Made by a program: the position numbers and the translations under genes. DNA of 64,000 nucleotides from IMG/VR virus record IMGVR_UViG_3300042691_051382; one strand, written 5' to 3'. This DNA comes from a virus. The notes under the pieces were generated by a model. The model worked only from the letters and a program-made list of their open reading frames with translations, was not told the DNA's origin and did no database searches. This document shows positions 59,785 to 64,000 of this stretch, piece after piece. Positions within the stretch are counted from its first letter, which is position 1; every line of letters starts with the position of its first letter.

Positions 59785-59814
59785 CCCAGCGGGACCGCCA
59801 ACCGCTGGGTGTTT
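59785..59814 (+). terminator. cassette terminator type B
   Basis: CCCAGCGG-gaccgccaa-CCGCTGGG-(t/c)gttt; copies at about 62067 and 63507. Confidence 0.75.
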
Positions 59815-59921
59815 CGTTGGTGCGCCAGACCCGAGTCAGCCCCAGGCTGTGCGATTTGTGCCAACCCCGAGCCGAACAAACACCTAATTTCAACAATTTG
59901 CATCCGAATTGTTGAAACAAG

Positions 59922-59950
59922 TCGACGCGCCTACGGTCGAAGCCTATGCT
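59922..59950 (+). promoter_or_regulatory. cassette promoter 4
   Basis: TCGACG-cgc-CTACGGT-N7-TATGCT. Confidence 0.8.
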
Positions 59951-60005
59951 TCCCTGTCGGAAGCGGGTCGCGTGACTCGCGCCGACCGAAACCAGGAGTC
60001 AAGTC

Positions 60006-60578
60006 ATGGCAAACAAGCGTATCGTTTCAATCCCCGTCTCGGTGTATCATATCGTCGGTCTCGCGGTTGCGGGTCAAGATGGACGATACTGGTATCACTC
60101 GGAGGGTGCTACCCTCCAAACGGCTGCCGAAACCCTAAAGGTTTCGGCGGAACATTTCGCGAGTGTACTCGCGATCACCTCACCTCAAGTCCCCGTCGCA
60201 CGCAACGGTAGGATTACGGTAGGGTTTTTGAGCAAGGGATTGCGCTGGGCCATGATGCCGTCGGTGCATAGCGCACTGGATCACTATCTCGCCACGGGCG
60301 AGATTCGTGGTCCCAAGACGGGACCGTTCGCTCGCGCATTGCTCGGCGACGAGCAAGCGATTGTATTGGATGTTTGGATGGCACGTGCATTCGGCGTGCC
60401 GCAAGGGTGGTTCAAACTCGTGGACTGCCGCGAGAAATGCGAGGCGATGATTCGCCAAGCGGCAGCGATTCTCGGATGGACCCCCGCCCAAGTTCAGGCG
60501 GCGGTTTGGACCGAGATGACCCGCAAGCGAGGCGGCGGAAGCCTCCAGTTGATGCGGTGGGTCGATATGTACAAATAA
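60006..60578 (+). CDS. cassette 4 protein, HhH-glycosylase-like fold (tentative)
   Basis: G..WY, LA.TSP...V..N, GPK...F...L.GD...V.D.WM.RA, TPA.VQA..W. Confidence 0.7.
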   Translation: MANKRIVSIPVSVYHIVGLAVAGQDGRYWYHSEGATLQTAAETLKVSAEHFASVLAITSPQVPVARNGRITVGFLSKGLRWAMMPSVHSALDHYLATGEIRGPKTGPFARALLGDEQAIVLDVWMARAFGVPQGWFKLVDCREKCEAMIRQAAAILGWTPAQVQAAVWTEMTRKRGGGSLQLMRWVDMYK

Positions 60579-60704
60579 CCTCCAGTAGCCCCAGGGAGAC
60601 CGATTCCCTGGGGCGTTTCGCTAGCCGCCGGACCCGATGGGATACAATGTTGTGCGATTTGTACCCCAACCGAACCCCGAACAAACTTTTTTGCTAGCAT
60701 TTTC

Positions 60705-60733
60705 TTGACACCGCTACGGTCGCAGGCTATACT
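60705..60733 (+). promoter_or_regulatory. cassette promoter 5
   Basis: TTGACA-ccg-CTACGGT-N7-TATACT. Confidence 0.9.
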
Positions 60734-60776
60734 TGTGTGCGGGCGCGATGGTGCGACTCGCTTCTGGAGAATCGGC

Positions 60777-60941
60777 ATGGAAGAAACCAAAAAATGTAAG
60801 TGTGGCGAAGCGGCTGTGTGGGTTCCCAAGGAACCCGCTGCGGGATTGCCCGCAGGGTGGGTATGCGCCAAGGAATCGACAATCGCTCCGTTTGTCGATG
60901 AAGGGTGCGATTACTTTGTACCCGAATCAAACCCCAACTAG
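60777..60941 (+). CDS. cassette 5 small Cys-containing protein (54 aa)
   Basis: ATG 60777 after CTGGAG; MEETKKCKCG...WVC...GCDYFVPESNPN. Confidence 0.7.
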   Translation: MEETKKCKCGEAAVWVPKEPAAGLPAGWVCAKESTIAPFVDEGCDYFVPESNPN

Positions 60942-61047
60942 GAAAAAAGCCCCGAAAGGGGCACGCCGCCAGACCCGAGACGTATCGGTCGCTGCACCCT
61001 AACAAACACCTAATCTCTACGATTTTCAAGCGAATCGTTGAAATGAG

Positions 61048-61076
61048 TCGACGCGCCTACGGTTGCGGGATATACT
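61048..61076 (+). promoter_or_regulatory. cassette promoter 6
   Basis: TCGACG-cgc-CTACGGT-N7-TATACT. Confidence 0.85.
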
Positions 61077-61123
61077 GTTCATGCCGGAAGCGAATGGTTC
61101 GCATCTGGCATCTGGAGAATGTT

Positions 61124-61489
61124 ATGCAAACTGAAACGGCTGAAACAATCAAGACAATCTTTGAACCGGCTTTGGGCAGGGAGATTCCCGTCGCACGTCG
61201 ATGGGAGGGTGTACCCAAGTGGATCACCACCCACTTCATCGTTGTTGATGGAGCCGGGAACTGGGGTCGGGGTCGAACCCTGACCGATGCCAAGGGTGTA
61301 GTGTTGAAGGCGGCAGGCGCAAAGTCGCACGCCCACTTCAACCGGGTGGGCATGTTGGCGTACATGATCCGGCAGGACGAACGCTCGCCCGAACCGTGGG
61401 TCAACGGTTACGGAATGATCTGCAACTATGCGGATCAGTTCAACGGTGATTACAGCTTGATCGAAGAGATCAAGTGCAAGCGCAAATAA
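61124..61489 (+). CDS. cassette 6 hypothetical protein (121 aa)
   Basis: ATG 61124 after CTGGAG; WGRG.T..DA. Confidence 0.8.
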   Translation: MQTETAETIKTIFEPALGREIPVARRWEGVPKWITTHFIVVDGAGNWGRGRTLTDAKGVVLKAAGAKSHAHFNRVGMLAYMIRQDERSPEPWVNGYGMICNYADQFNGDYSLIEEIKCKRK

Positions 61490-61622
61490 CAATCCGGGTT
61501 TGAACCTCCCCACGGGAACATTCCCGTGGGGATTTGTTTGCGCCAGCCAGACCCGAGCCAGCCAGCGGCTGTGCGATTTGTACCCCAACAGAACCCGAAC
61601 ACAAATATTCTGCTCGAAACAG

Positions 61623-61651
61623 TTGACGGTGCTACGGTCGGAGAGTATACT
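61623..61651 (+). promoter_or_regulatory. cassette promoter 7
   Basis: TTGACG-gtg-CTACGGT-N7-TATACT. Confidence 0.85.
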
Positions 61652-61695
61652 TCAGTGTCGAGCGAATGGGTCGCTCGAACAAACTGGAGACTGCG

Positions 61696-62055
61696 ATGAA
61701 ATATTCTGAAACAATCCGTGTGGATGTTCGTCGGTTCTTTGAAGACTTTGAGTGTGAAGTCGAGTATGATATGCACAACAACTCGGCACAAGATCGTGCC
61801 GAAGGGTTAGGTGCTACCACGCTCGATGAGGGTAGTGTCACCATCACGAATCTCAACGAACTCTGGCAAGAGTTCGTAGACGACGCAGTTCGTGAAGACT
61901 ACGCAGTCGAGGGTACGGGAATCAAAGCGGTGGTGACGCTTCCCGAAGAGACGACCAACACCAAGAGATATCCCGTCGAACAAGTCCACTTCGAGGACTT
62001 TGAAGGATACTTGATCGAGTCGCTGATCAATCGACTCAGCGACAACAAGTGGTGA
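61696..62055 (+). CDS. cassette 7 acidic hypothetical protein (119 aa)
   Basis: ATG 61696 after CTGGAG. Confidence 0.8.
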   Translation: MKYSETIRVDVRRFFEDFECEVEYDMHNNSAQDRAEGLGATTLDEGSVTITNLNELWQEFVDDAVREDYAVEGTGIKAVVTLPEETTNTKRYPVEQVHFEDFEGYLIESLINRLSDNKW

Positions 62056-62183
62056 ACCTCCAGTAGCCCAGCGGGACCGCCAACCGCTGGGCGTTTCGTT
62101 GGTGCGCCAGACCCGAGTCAGCCCCAGGCTGTGCGATTTGTACCCCGACCGAACCCCAAACAAACTTTTTCGCTAGGATTTTC

Positions 62184-62212
62184 TTGACACCGCTACGGTT
62201 GCGGGCTATGCT
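62184..62212 (+). promoter_or_regulatory. cassette promoter 8
   Basis: TTGACA-ccg-CTACGGT-N7-TATGCT. Confidence 0.85.
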
Positions 62213-62260
62213 TCCCTGCGGGGAGCGAATGGTTCGCCTCCTGCATCTGGAGACCGAATC

Positions 62261-62518
62261 ATGTGCAGTTGCGAAGACCGTCCGTGCTGTGGCTGTGGTT
62301 ACGATGACTTCACGGTTCCCGAAAGCGGGTACGATGCCGAAGCGTACTACGACGATGAGGAAGCCGAGGACATGGGCGACGGCGAACCGATGGGTTCGCA
62401 CGACATGAGCGACGATGCCGATGCGCTCGCAAGCGCAGGGTTCGGCATGGACGAGGACTACAATCACTTCGACTCAATCGAAGACCAATGGCTCGACGGG
62501 TCGTACGAAGGTGAATGA
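62261..62518 (+). CDS. cassette 8 very acidic protein with N-terminal Cys cluster
   Basis: MCSCEDRPCCGCG...DDADALASAGFG.DEDY. Confidence 0.8.
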   Translation: MCSCEDRPCCGCGYDDFTVPESGYDAEAYYDDEEAEDMGDGEPMGSHDMSDDADALASAGFGMDEDYNHFDSIEDQWLDGSYEGE

Positions 62519-62631
62519 CCCAGCCCCGCAAGGGGCATGCGCCAGACCCGAGCCACACACGCCGCCAGACCCGAGTCAACCGCAACCCGATCCCGAACAG
62601 AACCCAAACACAAATATTCTGTTGCGAATAG

Positions 62632-62660
62632 TAGACACGCCTACGGTCGAAGGCTATACT
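62632..62660 (+). promoter_or_regulatory. cassette promoter 9
   Basis: TAGACA-cgc-CTACGGT-N7-TATACT. Confidence 0.85.
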
Positions 62661-62733
62661 TCCCCTGTCGGGAGCGAGTGGTTCGCAACCGACCGAACCC
62701 GCTCCCGCACGGGAGCAACTGGAGCCTAGTATC

Positions 62734-63495
62734 ATGCAACTTCTCGATGACGGTGATTCGAATACTAAACTGAGCAAGAATACCGCTCGCACGTGGGGGC
62801 TGTCGCTTGCCCCAGCCGATTCAAGCGGCTACAACGTTTGCCCGTGGAGCACCGATGGCTGTCGCACGGCGTGCGTAGCCTACGCTGGTCTCTCGATCGT
62901 ATGGGCGAGCATTCATGCGGCACGGGTGCGAAAGACCCGTTGGTTCTTCCAAGAACGTCAAGCGTTCGTGTCTCGCTTGAACCGTGAAATCACCAACAAG
63001 AATCGTTGGTGTGCTCGCAACGATACCATCGGATACATGCGCTTGAATGTGTATTCGGATATTGGTTGGGAGAACATGGTTGACCTGAATCGGTCGAACA
63101 TCCGCTTCTACGATTACACCAAGTCACTCAAGCGAGCATGGGCGCAACTGTGCGATTCGTGCTACCGTCTGTGCTACTCGTACAATGAATCAAGCAACCC
63201 CGCCGAAGTGCGCAAGTTTCTCGAAGCGGGTGGAACCATTGCGATGGTTCGAGCCGACATCAAGTACGTCAACAAGAACAACAAGGGACCGATCCCCGCA
63301 ACCGTCACCATCGACGGGGTCGAGTTTCCGACGTTCGATGCGGACGAACAAGACAATCGATTCCTTGACCCGAAGGGTGCGGTTGGAATCCTCCGACTCA
63401 AGGGCGACAAAGAGATGCGCAAGCATGCAATCGACACCCACTTCGCCCAAGGAACCCCACACCACACTCACCTCACCGTGAGTGCCAAGAAGTAA
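62734..63495 (+). CDS. cassette 9 GP88-family-like protein
   Basis: N.KL.K, L.LAPA..SG.NVCP....GC...C, RLN..SDI.W, FYDYTK, D..D.RFLD..G....L..KG. Confidence 0.75.
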   Translation: MQLLDDGDSNTKLSKNTARTWGLSLAPADSSGYNVCPWSTDGCRTACVAYAGLSIVWASIHAARVRKTRWFFQERQAFVSRLNREITNKNRWCARNDTIGYMRLNVYSDIGWENMVDLNRSNIRFYDYTKSLKRAWAQLCDSCYRLCYSYNESSNPAEVRKFLEAGGTIAMVRADIKYVNKNNKGPIPATVTIDGVEFPTFDADEQDNRFLDPKGAVGILRLKGDKEMRKHAIDTHFAQGTPHHTHLTVSAKK

Positions 63496-63614
63496 ACCTC
63501 CAGTAGCCCAGCGGGACCGCCAACCGCTGGGCGTTTCGCTCGCCGCCAGACCCGAGCCAGCCGCTGGTTGTGCGATTTGTGCAACCCAGACGCAACATTT
63601 TTGGTTGCGAAAAG

Positions 63615-63643
63615 TTGACACCGCTACGGTCGCGGGATATACT
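63615..63643 (+). promoter_or_regulatory. cassette promoter 10
   Basis: TTGACA-ccg-CTACGGT-N7-TATACT. Confidence 0.9.
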
Positions 63644-63680
63644 GTGGTGCAAGCAAGCCGCTTGCATCTGGAGAATCACA

Positions 63681-63902
63681 ATGGTCGAGTCGATCAACTG
63701 GGAGTTTGAAACAAGCCGCGCTCGTCGTATGACGGTCGAGAGTCTTCGGTGGAGCATCCAAGACGCTCGCGAGGCGTTGGACTGTGCCGAGGAGATGGAG
63801 CGTGCGGGACTTGCCAACAACGCAGGCAAGTATGCGGATCAAATCCATGTGTACAACGCCGAACTCAACCGCCGATTGCAAGTCGGCAAGCGCAACAAAT
63901 AA
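63681..63902 (+). CDS. cassette 10 hypothetical protein (73 aa)
   Basis: ATG 63681 after CTGGAG; SL...I.DA.EA...GKY.D..H....EL.RR. Confidence 0.8.
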   Translation: MVESINWEFETSRARRMTVESLRWSIQDAREALDCAEEMERAGLANNAGKYADQIHVYNAELNRRLQVGKRNK

Positions 63903-64000
63903 GTTTTTTGCCCTTCATAGCCTCGCTTATCTTTCGACGACGTTCTTCCGAAAGTTTTTTTCCTTTGTTAGCCTCGCTCAACTTTCGACGATGTTCTTCC
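63901..64000 (+). repeat. start of a different ~51-bp tandem repeat (2 copies, truncated)
   Basis: AAGTTTTTT..C.TT..TAGCCTCGCT.A.CTTTCGACGA.GTTCTTCC twice. Confidence 0.75.

Larger units (their letters stand above)
58041..63902 (+). repeat. array of 10 promoter-gene-terminator cassettes with shared intergenic modules
   Basis: CC(A/G)GACCCGA at 58041, 58639, 59207, 59825, 60628, 60969, 61547, 62107, 62542+62565, 63546; identical promoter architecture in every unit. Confidence 0.95.

Noticed and set aside
58041-63902. CRISPR array
   Set aside because: Repeats are long, modular and separated by whole ORFs rather than 30-40-nt spacers; no cas genes in the window.
58041-63902. Classical integron with attC sites
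   Set aside because: No integrase in the window, no consistent RYYYAAC...GTTRRRY palindromic attC, and each cassette has its own promoter.
1-64000. Stop-codon reassignment
   Set aside because: Core genes are full length in the standard code, and no suppressor tRNA is seen.

Overview
64-kb segment of a large T4-like (Tevenvirinae/cyanomyophage-style) myophage genome. Bases 1-28.9 kb hold the baseplate/tail module: gp8 (partial), gp7, gp6, gp25, PAAR, several fibre and collagen-like proteins, gp5, gp53, gp48, gp4, gp54-like, gp26/gp51 and a tape-measure-like gene. Bases 29-52.5 kb hold replication and nucleotide genes: gp32, gp59, gp33, exonuclease, UvsE, 4 tRNAs, RNase H, PhoH, an outer-membrane porin, intein-containing class II RNR, ThyX, primase, a gp43 polymerase split in two by a free-standing GIY-YIG gene, dUTPase, Hsp20, RegA and gp62/44/45. 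After a phased G/T-tract boundary at about 57.6-58.0 kb, the last 6 kb change character. They form an array of 10 single-gene cassettes. Each has its own promoter with an invariant CTACGGT spacer motif, a 5' hairpin and an SD, and cassettes 1-9 end in a terminator-like hairpin. The spacer modules are shuffled combinatorially between cassettes, and an anti-SD element (ACCTCCAGT) follows many stop codons. This array is the best candidate for an undescribed system. Other highlights: a probable -1 frameshift joining gp26 to gp51 ahead of the tape measure, an ACG start for gp4, and an RBS-sequestering hairpin at the gp43 split. All family calls come from motif recognition by eye; no database searches were run.
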